From the NCBI GenBank assembly GCA_030704615.1, contig CM060733.1, positions 496,001 through 560,000 of the forward strand: DNA of 64,000 nucleotides, in the 5' to 3' direction. A program made the position numbers and the translations under genes. The stretch comes from Takakia lepidozioides. Taxonomy: Eukaryota; Plantae; Bryophyta. The notes beneath the pieces were generated by a model, which made no database searches, was not told the origin of the DNA, and saw only the letters and a program-made list of their open reading frames with translations. Below, piece by piece: positions 1 through 21,601 of this stretch (positions are counted from its first letter, which is position 1; each line of letters opens with the position of its first letter).

Positions 1-405
1 GAGATAATGCAGAGAGGTCGCTTTAGCTGGAACAAACGAAACTAAAAAGGGAGGGATGGACAAATTTTATAAGGAGGCAGGTGAAGAGTTCCCTTGCACC
101 GAGAAAAGAAAGGCCTCTTTCCTTCCTTCCCATTTATTTTGTGGAGGGGAAGGTTGTGGATGTGGCAAGCCGTGTCGTATAAGTATTTGGGGAAATCATG
201 TGCATGAAGAGGTTTATTGTTCTAGGTAAGGGTGGCTTTCGATTGGGTGGCTACATGTGTTGGCACACGGTTTGTAACTCTAAGGTAAAGAAAGGGGCAC
301 CCTTTTGTGTATCTTAGATACAGTTCTCCAAGTCTGTTACGAAATGTGGTTCAATTGGCTCAAAACTGAGCAGAAACTCACTTTGTTGGAAAACCTGCTC
401 TACAG

Positions 406-3054
406 GTACGTGACAAATCCTTAAGCAGACTGAAGAGCAGCATAGAGAACCTAGTTCACACCAACAATGGCAACAAAGTGGTTGTCATCCCTCACTCCAT
501 GGGCTCTCTCTACTTCTTGCACTTCATGAAGTGGGTTGAGGCTCCTGCACCTATTGGAGGTGGTGGTGGACCTGACTGGTGTGCCCGTCACATACGTGCA
601 ATGATGAACATTGGGGGCCCCTTTCTGGGTGTGCCCAAAGCATTTGCAGGACTATTTTCTGCAGAAGGCAAGGACATTGCCGTTGCTAGGTGAGCAAGAA
701 ACAGGTGAAGCCGCCAACACCAATTTGTCTTAAATGGACATGAGGAGGAGGGAGGGCACCACAGAGGGGAGAGAGAGTCACACTGGCAGTGGACAAGCTA
801 GCTCTCCAATTGTTATCTAATCTCGTAGCGTTGATAGCCATTCACCTTTGCTATTTTTCTCTAATAATCTGCTTCATGAAAAATTGAACTATGTTTCAGG
901 GCAATTGCACCAGGGGTGCTAGATTCGGACCTTTTTGGGCTTCAAACATTACAGCACATCATGCGAGTGACACGCTCATGGGATTCTTGCATGTCCATGA
1001 TACCCAAAGGGGGCAATGTCATCTGGGGAGATGCTGAGTGGTCACCGGAAGAAGGTCACGATTGCTCAAAGAAGAAGCCCATCCCTGAGGATGGTGGTGC
1101 TGCCCGACAAGCCAAAGAAGACAATACAACTGGGATTCTGCTAGGGCCACATGGTAAACCATATGCACATTACGGGAGGATGTTTTCTTTTGGGAAAGAC
1201 TCTGCGCAGCTCCCTTATTCAATCATACTGAAAAAAAGACATGAGGCCAAGGTGAATATCATAAACATCTGGCCACTTCTGTCAAGTGTGATTTTCTGTG
1301 AACAGATCTTTTTTATTCCTTCGGATTGGTTCACAAAATCTTCTTGCATTTCCTCTAGATATGGTCTTTTCCTTTTGATTTCATTACATATTGAATGGAA
1401 GTTTGGAGTTTACTTTGCACGCACTTCTCTCTGTCTCTGCCGGATTTCTGTCCACCAGTTGGGAGGGTGTTATAGCCATAGCCACATGTGTTACATCTGT
1501 TGCAAGCTAGATGGTCAGTGCTGGATGAACCTCATGCTTTCTAGCATGTTCTCAGTGCTAGCTCTTCAAGGGTACGTTGCTGAGAATGGTTGCAGAGAAT
1601 GGTCAATGTGTATATAGCACATTCCCGCCTGTTCCTTCTTTCTTTGGGCCAAGCAGTTTTTCAACCAAGCACATGTATCAGCACACTACACTATGTGCTC
1701 AGTTAACTGAGTAATTGAGTGCCTGTGGCAGGTGCCAGCAACCCATGTACCATTGCCCTCCAATGCGTCATGTGGAGACGTGTGGACAGAGTACCAAGAG
1801 ATGAGTTGGAAGGATGTGCAAGAGGTAGTCAATCAGGGGATCTTTCCAGCTGATGATCTGGTTAGTCTTTTACAGTGGGTGGCCCCTAAGTTGATGGTGC
1901 GAGGTGATGATAACTGGGGCTATGGTATTGCTGATGATTTGAGCGATCCCAAATACCAACATTATCGGCATTGGTCAAACCCCCTTGAGACCATGTGAGT
2001 CAAGCCATATCGCTGCTCTTGGGTTCTCTTTCTTTCCTCTCATTTCTGGGGCTTCAGTAACCTGTGAGGAAGTTGTCTTTTTAGGGCCAGAGGTTGTACC
2101 TGGGTCAATGATTGGGAATGATTGTCAGGTTTGTTCATAATCTGATGCCGTGTAGGATATTCTTCTGAGCAAGATCACATTGTTTGAATCCTGTAAAAGT
2201 TCTTATTCCTCCTCCTTTGACTCAATTAGAGATGCTCAAGACATTGGCAACAGGTGTGACCCTTGTTGGGTCTGAATGCGGTGGTGGAAATTTGATGCCA
2301 TGCAAGAGATTCAGAGACATCTGGTATACCTGAACCAAACGTATACACAAGGTTGGTCCCACTACTGGAATGAGACTTCAGTGGTGGTAGTGGGCCTCAC
2401 TCTGCTTCTCTCTTGTCTCTCCCCTCAACATGCCCTTCTTCAAGCTCATGTGCAAACAGGGACTGTGGCCTGAAGGCTCAAGCAAGCTTTGCCCAATGGG
2501 TCCATTTTCTGTGTGTATACAATGTTGTCTTTGTGTCATCTAATTAAGTGAGGAATTGATCATGCAGACTACCAAATGCACCGGAAATGGAAATCTACTG
2601 CATGTATGGTGTGGGGATCCCAACAGAGAGGTCATACATCTACAAGATGTCTCCCTCCACAGACAGTTGCTACATACCTTTCCGTATTGACACATCAGCA
2701 GATGGAGATTCAGAGGGATGTCTGAAAGGGGGTGTCCATTTTGTAGATGGCGATGAATCTGTTCCGGTGTTGAGTACAGGGTTCATGTGTGCCAAAGGAT
2801 GGCGTGGGAAGACCCGGTTCAACCCTTCCAACAGTGCAACCTTTGTAAGGGAGTATGACCATGCTCCCCCCTCAAACATGTTGCTGGAGGGTCGGGGTAC
2901 GCAGAGTGGGAGCCATGTAGACATCATGGGAAATTTTGCATTGATAGAGGACATCTTGAGGGTTGCGGCAGGTTGGACAGGTGATGAGATTGGCGGCGAG
3001 CGAGTCTATTCAGATTTGCCGAAGTGGGTTGATCGCATCAAATTGAAACTATAA
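406..3054 (+). CDS. PDAT: Phospholipid:diacylglycerol acyltransferase (LCAT family), last four exons: 406-689, 900-1251, 1732-1994, 2568-3054; 5' part lies upstream of the window
   Basis: Lipase-type motif VVVIPHSMG, NIGGPFLGVPKA, WSNPLET, LPNAPEMEIYCMYGVGIPTERSY, DGDESVP, SGSHVDIMGN. GT-AG junctions keep the frame; TAA stop at 3052-3054. Confidence 0.93.
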
Positions 3055-5024
3055 TTCTATTTGGAACTAAAATTGGAAGTGGGATATTTCTTCAAAATTT
3101 TCACCTCATCCTTGTGAGATGTTTAGTTGAGCCCCCAGTTCGGCAAATGATTTGCTTAGTGCTATACACATTTAATTCAGGTATTCCCTAATACTTTGTA
3201 GGGACATTACTAACAACCGTCTTAGATTGCATTGAAACTATCATGTGGATGCTCTCCCCTTCAAATATTGAGCTATTTACTATGTTTGACTTAAGCTAAG
3301 ATGCATTGCATGTGGCCTCCCAACCATCATGTTTTTTGGAGCTGGGTGTGACATTGGTCTTTGCAATAACTGAATCTGTGCTTTGTTGAGGATCATGCCT
3401 AATCCGAGGCAGGATTTATGCTTTCACAAGACAAAAACAATGACGATGTTAGATATGTGTGAGAGAGAGGTTGAGGTGAACTTGACTTTTGGAGTTGCCA
3501 TTTCCAATGTAAAATACACCCTGTGTGTTTCTGTTGTCCTGGACAGTTACATCATATATGATACGGGTTAGTGGGAATACAGTCCACATATATATATATA
3601 CACAATTCAAAAGCCCTCGCCACATTATGGCATATGTATCTCTTTATCTTTAAATGAATCAGGCCCTTCACACAAGTCCAACATCTGCTGTGCCTGGGCT
3701 GGCAGCCACATTGTAGCATTGCAGTACAGTATGCCAGACAGCCTACAGGAAAGTTTACCTGAAAGAGAGAACGCTGGATTTCCTCCCCCTTCCAGCTTTT
3801 CTTAGCCAGATGTGTAAATGCTAGAGATGGAGCTCCTTAGTTTATCGCCTTGCTTTCTTTAAACAAGTACTGCAGCCATCCCATCTGAAATGTTGCCTAT
3901 ATGATCTTCGAGAGGGCCAGGTTACCATTTTGAATCTGGAAACCTTAACTGGAAGCCTGTTGATAGTGAGATGAAGGCCTCTTGTATGGCTTTCCTGTTG
4001 GATGCAACTATCGGTGCACTTAGGCCCGAGAAAATCTTGTAGGAGTCGTAGTTTTGGTCCTTGTACATGCAAGTGACTTGCATGACCTGCCGTGCGTGAA
4101 ACAATGGATTCGGTGGAGTCAATTTTTCCTGTTGGTTGAAGAGTGGGTTCCACACATATGAAAATGGAAATGGAAAAATGAGGTTTATGATTCAAGACAG
4201 GGTTTGTGAACCATTTCGATGCCCCATTCCACAGCTACTCCTGGGAATCATGCTCCCTGCAACGGCCTCCTTTTCTACCCAGCTTCCTATGAGGATAAGC
4301 TTCAAGTATGATCTACTCTTGGTCTACAAACAGGGTGTTCGGCTCCAAGATCCCATCAAGCTTCCTAGCCAATCGAACATGGGTTCGCGGAACCACCTTT
4401 CCGCAGCCCCTGTCCAAAAGATTTGTGATGTTGAATCCAGCTACCCAGCAATTTGTGGCGAGATTGTTTCAGCTTCATCAGAGTCCAACGCATTCCTCTG
4501 AATGCCACAACATGATGCCCGCCTGCATGAAGGTGGTTGTGCATGGTAACAATGTCTTCGCGGAGGTCAAAAAATTTATGTGCAAGGGAAATGTAACCTT
4601 GAAATGAAACCACCAAAGTCATTTGATGAGTGCACTTTGCACTTTATAACAGACAAAAGGACATTCAAAAGCTGAAAAGATGAACTTGGACTAATTTCTA
4701 TACATTAGATGAACTGATCCCAAAGCTTGGTCTATCTCGATTCACGAATGGGATGGTCAGCCTTGGGTTGGACTAAGATATGTAGCCTTGCTCTCGATAA
4801 AAAGGTTCATTAGGTCCACAGTTAACCTAAAGTCCCTGGAAGTCTGACCCCAACTTCATGACTGTTGGTTTGCGTTCAAACTTCTTACTTTCCCACTCTC
4901 TAATCACGGCGACCTCCCAGCTTCCTAGCTGCTGTACACAATAATTGTTGATTTGAAACCTATACCTGACAAGCAGTCTAAGATTGCAACACAAAAGGCT
5001 AAAACGCAAAAAGATGTTATGGAT

Positions 5025-13333
<8,309 letters not shown>

Positions 13334-14192
13334 CTTCCCCTACTTCTTGACTTGAACTTAGGGTTCGGATCTTTCAGTTGAGCGTGCGTGTGATATAGAG
13401 AAGGTGCGTGAACTCGGTGGCCTCCAACTGCGTCTACAAGAAGTATGAATTATGAGAAGTAGTTAACTCAGACTACAACAGAACCAGAAAGATGAAAAAA
13501 ATGAAAGCCAAGAAGAGAAATAGAAAGAAGAAAGGGATCTTCCTCTAAATTGAGTGTTAGGACGCAATGCTGCACTGGCCGAACAGATACTGGTACATGC
13601 CCCATAGAAAAGCTACCCGCAGAGGAGCGTCGTCGAGATTTCCTTGAAGAGGTTTTCATAGATTGATCTCGGCCTTGCACATTTCGTCTCGTTACTTGAT
13701 CAAATAAAGGAAGAGATAGAGGCTCAAAGGACGTGAATGCTGAGACATGAGTTCCCGGATATGAAAGGTCTACGGACAATGACAATAGATAGACAACAAC
13801 GCGAAGTAAATGCACATAAAAAGGAAAGTTAAAATGAGAAGTAAGGCTTAGAAACTATCAGACTTTAACTCGACTTCTGATACAAACACCACAATTTATC
13901 ACTTCTAAAACCTTTTACGCACGATGAAAATGCGCGAGAGAGAGAGAGACACACAAATATTCCCACAACGAAATCTGCAACGTGGGGAGAAAAACACACC
14001 ACAAAAAAGGAAAAAGTGGGACAAACACCGGTTATGCCTACCTTCAACTACGTTCACTCACAACACAAGTATCTGTTGATTTTTGGAGCTCCGCAGATCA
14101 GAGATTTGAAACTTCAAGAAGCATATAGAAGTGACTCAGTACAACGATCCTATTTCGGGACTTGAAAAGTTCTGGATCTTCAAAGCTCCTGT

Positions 14193-14470
14193 CTAACACC
14201 TAGGAGCGATATGTTTTTCTAAGTGAGGAGACTCCTGACCGACGCTTTCATGACAGATCTTCCAGGGCCTATGGTGAGCAGGATGTGAGAGAAAGACCGA
14301 TAGCAGCGAGAGAGACTCGCAGGTGGGGCGCGCGTGCAGACGTCCAGGGACGCGGAACGTGGACTTTGTTTTAGCATGTGTTCCTCGCACTTTCTCCCAA
14401 CTATACTGGATGCGCTCCACACCGCAGAATATTCCTGGAATCGAACCCATGACCTTAGAATCTACCTCTT
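14193..14470 (-). mobile_element. Degenerate tRNA-derived SINE-like element
   Basis: Minus strand has a B-box-like GGTCATGGGTTCGATTCC (~14437-14454) and ends in ATCGCTCCTAGGTGTT, matching the tail of the other SINE copies. Confidence 0.45.
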
Positions 14471-15359
14471 TTGAATCTCTAGAGAATATTCTTATATAAA
14501 ATGTTGAAAACTCTAATTTCCGTTACATGTGAGATTCCAAGCCTCTTCAAGGGATGGAGTCTTTGCCAACCCATTGCGGGTTGTGTCCGGACGGTGCCCT
14601 GCTTTAGGCATCCATGGGTCGGACTTTCCCCAATATTCAATTAGAGTCATGCCAAAGAGCGGGGGTTGGTATGGCATGAGCACAGCGGTGAGCACAACCC
14701 ACGGTCATGAGAGTTTTATGATTTTTTAACCTCGGTCATAGGAGTTATATGTTTTCAGAATGGAATAAAATCATAAGCGGATATAGAGGACTGGTGCATT
14801 TATACGGTACATCTGCACCAATCGAGTGAGGCGAAACCTTCAATAGTGTAGCCAGAAACCCTAAACCTATAGCGGCGGCGGCGAGTTTCGCATTGAGAAA
14901 TACTTGGTGATATGGGCACAAACCTAAGCAGTGGTGGGTTTCGCATTGAGTTAAAAGAAAAAATATCGCAATAATTTCATGCAACGAAAATAAAATAGTT
15001 ACAGTTGATACAAAATACAATTCTAATGCTATTGAAATGTGATGCTAAATAGAACTCGGAAAATGTATTTGTTCCCTCGACCTACAATAACACCAAACAC
15101 ACAGTAAGAAGAAAATATAGCGATATTGATTGAAATGATTCACAAGACAATATAGACAGAATAACAAATTATGATAGTTTTGCTTACTGAAATTTCTTTT
15201 AGCAACAAAGTTAACATGTACATCTGTCATTTAGATCATCAATAAAACCAAGATATTCCTTCTTGTGCCGTGAATTTTATCACAGAATCTGAGAAGGTCT
15301 GATATTGTTTCGCTTTGATAACATCAATGTCGACAATTTTTAGTAATGGATTCAAAGAT

Positions 15360-16718
15360 TGAAAAATGTTTCTCAACACGAAACTCTTGTCTGTCAATGA
15401 ATTTGTTCAAAGCACTACATGCATTTGAACAAATATGGAGGGATATGAACTAAAAGATTTGAAATACTTCGCTGTAACAAAAGAGTTTCTCAACACGAAA
15501 CTCTTATCCGACTGTGGTTAGTACAAAAACCTGCATACTTTTGAATTAATATGGATGGATACGAACTAAAGGATTTAAACTCTTTTGCCATAAAAAATGA
15601 GTTTCTCAACACGAAAATGTTGTCTGACAGTGTTATGGTTTAAGAATCTGCATGCTTTAGAACTGGAGGGATACGAACTCAGAGATATGAACTGCTAGTT
15701 CGGCGTAGCAAAAAAGTTTCTCAACATGAAACTCTTCTCTAACAGTGTTTTTGTTCAAAAATGTGCATGTTTTGAACCAATATGGAGGGACATGCATTGA
15801 GAGATTTAAATTGTTTTGTCATAACAAAAGAGTTTCTCAACACGAAACTTTTCTCTGACAGTGTTTTTGTTCAAAAACTTACATGCTTTTGAACCAATAT
15901 GGAGGGACGTGGACTGATAGATTTGAATTGCTTCGTCATAAGAAAAGAGTTTCTCAACACGAAACTCTTCTCTGGCAGTGTTTTTGTTCAAAAACCTGCA
16001 TGTTTTGAACCAATATGGAGGGATATGGACTGAGAGATTTAAATTGCTTCACCACAACAAAAGAGTTTCTTAGCACGAAACTCTTCTCTAACAGTGTTTT
16101 GGTTCAAAAACCTGCAAGATTTTGAACCAATATGGAGGGATATGGACTGAGAGATTTAAATTGCTTCGCAATAACAAAAGAGTTTCTCAGCACGAAACTC
16201 TTCTCTAACAGTGTTTTGGTTCAAAAACCTGCATGATTTTCGAATCAATATGGAGGGGAATGGACGGAGGGATTTGAATTGCTTCTCCATAACAAAAGAG
16301 TTTCTCAACACGAAACTCTTCTCTGACAATGTTTTTGTTAAAAAACCTACATGCTTTTGAACCAATATGGAGGGGAATGGACTGAGGGATTTGAATTGTT
16401 TTGCCATAACAAAAGAGTTTCTCAACATGAAACTTTTCTCGGACATTGTTTTTGTTCAAAAACCTGCATGCTTTTGAACCAATATAGAGGGGAATGGACG
16501 GAGGGATTTGAATTGCTTCGCCATATAAAAGAGTTTCTCAACACGAAACTCTTCTGTGACAGTGTTTTTGTGCAAAAACCTGCATGCTTTTGAACCAATA
16601 TGGAGGGACGTGGACTGAGAGATTTGAATTGCTTCGTCGTAGCAAAAGAGTTTCTCAACAGGAAACTCTTCTGGGACAGTGTTTTTGTTCAAAAACCTAC
16701 ATGTTCTTGAACCAATAT
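15360..16718. repeat. 117-bp tandem repeat array (~11.5 copies), left block
   Basis: AACAAAAGAG recurs at 16291 and 16408 (period 117). Each unit contains AAGAGTTTC-N7-GAAACTCTT and GTTCAAAA-N10-TTTTGAAC. Confidence 0.95.
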
Positions 16719-17423
16719 CATATATGTTTTCGGCCACCGGATCATATGACGGAATTAATGCACTCTTCCATTATATCCAAAAACCCTTCGTGAATTTTGA
16801 TCTCCGGTACCAACACTTCTTTTATATGAACCGCAACATCATGTGGCTCAAAACAAACCAGTAATCTTTTTGCAACGATAATGCCATCAGTACTTATTAA
16901 TTCAACAAGCTTGATTCTGCAATCTGTACAAAACATTGACTTATTTATTAGTATTTCATAGTAACAAGTTATTTTACAGATATTAAATTCATGCAACTTT
17001 GAGTTTAGTAATTATAATTCTTGAGTTTTGTTATTCATAAAAAGATAAAGGTAACATTTCAACATATGTTAGGATGTAGGGTGTTTATATTGTGTACATA
17101 TCAATAACCGTAGTGCATGATTTATTGTACCGTACTTTATATATGACTGAATTTAGAACATAATTTATTTTATGACCAAATCACAATTTAATCTTAATAA
17201 ATATTATTTGTAACATTAATCTAACCAATTCTACATATATGTCAAATTTTACACTTCCAAAAGATAAAAATATACTTAAAACTATTGCAATAAGATACAC
17301 ATATTATTTTCAAATTATATGAATAATATTTTAGTATGTGTATTTTTTAGCATTTCTAATAATACAAACATATTTTCAGGCAATAAACAAAATATCTATC
17401 CAATCCATATGATTTATTAATAG

Positions 17424-17612
17424 TTTTTTTTTTTTCCAAAAAGAAACCTAGGAGCGATAACCCACAAATTCAGGCCCTAACCCACCCTTTTTCATCATGG
17501 GCCATGAGACCTACAGGACGATCAACACCCAAGCATATCATCACGAGTAATCCTACACACGTTGCAGGATACCAGGGCGACACAGTGCACTTACCAACTG
17601 AGCTACCAGCCC
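17424..17612 (-). mobile_element. tRNA-derived SINE
   Basis: Minus strand begins GGGCTGGTAGCTCAGTTGGTAAGTGCAC (tRNA 5' arm / A box) and ends GGGCCTGAATTTGTGGGTTATCGCTCCTAGGTTTC plus poly(A). Confidence 0.7.
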
Positions 17613-17919
17613 ATGTGCGAATTTTATATTGTGCCACGTGGCGCAGCAAGAAGAGGCGCTGCCAAAAAACTAAATAAAAATAAAAATAAAAATTGACAAA
17701 AAAATAAAAAGAATTGAGTTTTAAATTGTGCCACATGGCGCAGCGTGGCGCTCCGCATAATGCTGCCACGTGGCTCAGCGCAGACAGACGCAACCAGGAA
17801 AATATTTTTTACATTTGTTTTTAAAGAAATTAGAAAATAAACTATTTTCTATCGCTGACGGCGCCCTCTCGACTCCGCCACGTGGCCCAAAGCGGACAGG
17901 CGCCGCCTCAAAAGTTATA

Positions 17920-18359
17920 ATTAATTATATTAATTATATTAAACCAGATTTTTCATCACTGGCACATGGCGGTTCCACGCAGCGGGACGCGGACGAGCGC
18001 AACCCACCGAAAAAAAAAAAAAAAAAAAAAAAAAAACTGCGCCATATGATTCTACCACGCGGCGCGACGGGGATGGGCACCACCATATATATGAAGAAAT
18101 TTTGGTTTGTGGATGGGACGTTGGTTGTGGTGCACACACGACATACCATTATGGTGCGTCAATTATGGTGCTCCATAACTATGATTTTTCTATAATTAAT
18201 AGTGGTCAGTCTTTTTTGGTTCCTATATAAGAGGTCACCCCATATGCATGTTCATTTGCAACAGCCGTCCAAACTTGGAATGGAGAGCAAAGTGGAGTAC
18301 TGGCGCGAACGTCAACAACAAGTGTGATTTTCAGGATAGTGTGGGGGTGTTGGGTACGC
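17920..18359 (+). repeat. ~440-bp segment repeated in direct orientation at ~31100-31540; Helitron-like 3' region cut by the Mutator element
   Basis: Shared text such as TATATATGAAGAAAT...TGTGGATGGGACGTTG and GGCGCGAACGTCAACAACAAGT...AGTGTGGGGGTGTTG. Confidence 0.8.
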
Positions 18360-20375
18360 CTCTCATTTTAAGATAATAGGGTCTTCAATGGGCACGTGCG
18401 ATGTGGCCGATGGGCCCCGCGCACGGACGCCCGGCTCCCCAGCACCCCGCCCGCCGCTGCGCGCGGTCGCCCAGCCGCGGGCGCGGCTGCAGCAACCGCG
18501 CCCGCGCGGCTAGTCCCCCGCCCATGAGTCCGCTGCCCTCCAGTCTGCCCGCCAGTCCGCTAGCCAGTCCCCTGCCATCCAGTCCGCTGACGGCGCAAGA
18601 TCGCCACCGTCCATTCCCGTAACCCATCTGAGCCCTCCATTTTTAGGGCTGCGAAAATGGCAATGATCTTCCCACCAAATCCCGGCCGCTCTCTTTTGAC
18701 GGCTGTTTGTTGTCCGATGTTGCGGTAGGCGTTTCCATGCACGCGACTGTTTCTCTTTTGCGCGTGATGTTCATGATGATGATGAAGCGTGTGCTTGAAC
18801 ATGAGAAGACTGTCTGGGCACTATAGCCACCATCGTGCATATGCTTCCACTATTTTTGCCTTCTTGTTGTGCTTTCGGAAACCTTCGTTTTATGGTTTGG
18901 TTCTATGTCATAAATATGGAAAATGCGGACATCTGTCGTCGATAACGTCCTCTGCTTGTGATCCGTCATGATACGTTTAGCCCCTTCATACTGCATCCCT
19001 CATGAGAGCCTTCACAAGTTTAGTTCGTTAAAGGAACCCATGGGTAACATGGGCGCGAAAATGGTGGAAGCGTATGCACATGGGGGCGTGTATTGCAGAT
19101 TTCGTATTGGACGATGGGGCTGTTTATGTGACCAAGTATAGCGGCTTGCATCCGTCGTGCATAAGTTGTGGAAAAGGGTGGAGAATCTGAAGAAACCCAG
19201 CTTTGTGATGGATCCACATGGTATTATATAAGGGATGGCAGCACTAAAAAGCAATTCGAGTCGTCAAGGAACACCATCTAGTCGTAAGGTCCTCAAACAT
19301 CCACACGCACCTGTTGAATGCAGATGTCTGAGCCACGACGGGAGTAGGTGCAGAATCAGTACATTGTCGCATATGTCAGGAGACGGACCAGGCTGAGACA
19401 ATTGCATCTGCAAATACGCGTGGATGTTTGAGGTCCGTTGTGTCGCGAGTCTGTTCACAGTGGGTCCGCTGGCCCGTCAGTGCTCCGGATATTCCCCTTA
19501 TCGCATGCATAACAGTCAGTTTGGAGGCGGTCTGCTGGAAGTCCGTCTGTTGGGATATCAGTCTGTCGCACTTGTGAATTTGTCAGTCTGTTGTGTCGGA
19601 AGTCTGTTGCACTAAGTCTGTTTGACTTCTTATTTTCCCTCCGGTCAGTCTTTTGGCTTGTTCTCCCGCCAGTCTGCCGAAACGTCCGTCTGCTGGACGT
19701 AGAAGGAGGAAAGTGGGCATGGCACTGCCAACGTGCCGCGATTTCACAGGCGCCAACTATCCGCCGTCATCGCATTGAATACGTCCACCGAACGAACGCA
19801 TCGTACTAAATTCATCCACGGTCCTCGCAAGTGCAGCAGACTCATTTCCCATCGAGCCGAGAGTCCACCGGATTGCCAGTCCAGCGGACTATTCGCTTTG
19901 CTGAGGCGAAGCGGCTTCATATTGGAGGCACTTCCCTGCCAGCGGAATGAAGACAAAAGAGAGTAAGGGGAGAACAGGAAAGTCGAACAAACACAAAGTC
20001 GAACAGACTGATGCATGCACAGTCCAACAGACTGATATCCATACTTTCTTCTCATGTTCCATGTGCGATCGACTCCATTCTCTTCGCGCTTGTTTCTTCG
20101 CACTGTTTTGCACTGTTTTGTTTTCCTCTTTGCGTTTCCATCACCGTAACGAAAGACGACCGTTCTTCCCCAGGTGTGGAGAGTCGCGGTGAGGCGCAAA
20201 GTGTCGCAAACACGCTCGCCTTCGTAACAACTCGAAGTTCATCGGCTCGGTGAGGTTTTCACTTGCTGCAGTGTTTCCATTCCATTATGTGTCCTCTTCT
20301 TGCTTAGGGTGAGTCTTTTCATAGGACTTCTATCTGTTGCTCATTGTCCTTCCACTTTCGTTTCATTCTGCAGCG

Positions 20376-21340
20376 ATGGATGATGCTTGTGAAAAGGGTG
20401 GAGTGGACTGGGTGGATTTTGTGCACCAAACCAAACTGAAGAAGGAGCGAAGGTACTGGTACTCACCAGACGAGTTTGATCATAAAATAGTAGAAGCATT
20501 TGTAGACCTCCGCGCCCGGAAGCCCAAAAACTCGAATTGGCAGAAGGACAAGCTCTTCTGTCCCTTCTGTGAAGAGGTTATCAAGGACAAAATCCAACTA
20601 AATCGGCATTGTGTTGACACGGGTTGCAAGGAGACTGTTGCAATGATTCCACGGGATTTCAAGCCTTGGCCGATACTGAAAGAAATGTCGATTGTCAAAG
20701 AGGCCACAATGCGCTTGCGCGGATCAGTGCTTGACCCCCGCACTTTGGAATTAGACGAAGTGCGCGCACGGTATGGCGTCCATTGTGGTGGCCCGTCAAT
20801 GGAGGATTTTGCAAGTGCAGGGAACGTCGGACGCTCCCAGAAAACGTAAACTGAGTGATGGGGCCCAAAAGAAGGAGAGGCAAAAAAAAAAGAATGCTGC
20901 AAGGTCTGCTCGCGAGGCAAGGGCAAAATCCACGCAACAGACTGAACCCCGTCTTGGGCGGCAGACCCACACCATCAGTACTGATACTGAAAGTGAATTT
21001 GCTCAAGGCCTGGAAGGGGTGACAAGTCCAGTGGACATTGACTTGCCTGACCAGACTCGGCAGCAGACTCACACAAATATCGCGACCTATGCCATCGGTT
21101 TAGGGTCAAAACCAAAAACTCAACAGAGCACTGAAGGGCCAGTCTGCCCTGGCACATTGCGCCTCGTTGACTTTGGGCTTTTCCCACCTGAGTGCCCACC
21201 AATTGGGGATCCAGACTTCTTCCGTTATTTCTACACAGTTGCCCAGTCAGGTCTGCTACGCACATTCACCCGACAGGCGGAACAGAACTGGTTGAACAGC
21301 TTTGAAGATGAAGATGACGATGATGAAGTAGAGGAGGTAA
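20376..21340 (+). pseudogene. MULE-internal ORF with putative zinc finger and basic/acidic tracts, frameshifted; possibly the 5' exon of the Ulp1-like gene
   Basis: FCPFCEEVIKDKIQLNRHCVDTGC (CxxC...H/C), then RKRK and KKERQKKK basic tracts, and a DEDDDDEVEE tract ending at a GTAAT donor. Confidence 0.5.
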
Positions 21341-21601
21341 TGGTCAGTCTGACCGCCCAGTCTGTTCTCTGTGCTGTTTGAGTCCATCATCGGGGGGTCA
21401 CGTTGCCTATTCAGTCTGGTCAGTCCGTTGCGTTCTCTCCTCACTCCGCTGGCTCACTCCGCTTGTCAGTTAGTCTGTTTTATATCGCTGCATTACTTAC
21501 TGAGTCCGTTTGTCAGTCCACTGGTATAGTCTACTAGTTGCCTCCACCCTACATACGCACGTTACAGTCTGCTGGTCTGTGAGTCCAGTCCGCTGCATGA
21601 G

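Noticed and set aside
3842-4622. Gene between PDAT and GFAT
   Set aside because: Short overlapping ORFs on both strands with stops, no recognisable motif and no consistent splice structure.
14670-14960. Terminal inverted repeats pairing with 33960-34480 (GAGTTTCGC and GTGAGCACAAC motifs)
   Set aside because: Only short scattered matches, mostly in direct orientation, with no definable termini or TSD.
15360-16718. CRISPR-like array or 5S rDNA (palindromic repeats at regular ~117-bp spacing)
   Set aside because: The sequence between palindromes is itself repeated, so there are no unique spacers; there are no cas genes, the context is eukaryotic, and the unit does not resemble 5S rRNA.
17560-17612. 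Functional tRNA genes here and at 57780-57843
   Set aside because: Only the 5' arm/A box is tRNA-like. No complete cloverleaf or acceptor stem forms, and both run into a shared tail and poly(A).
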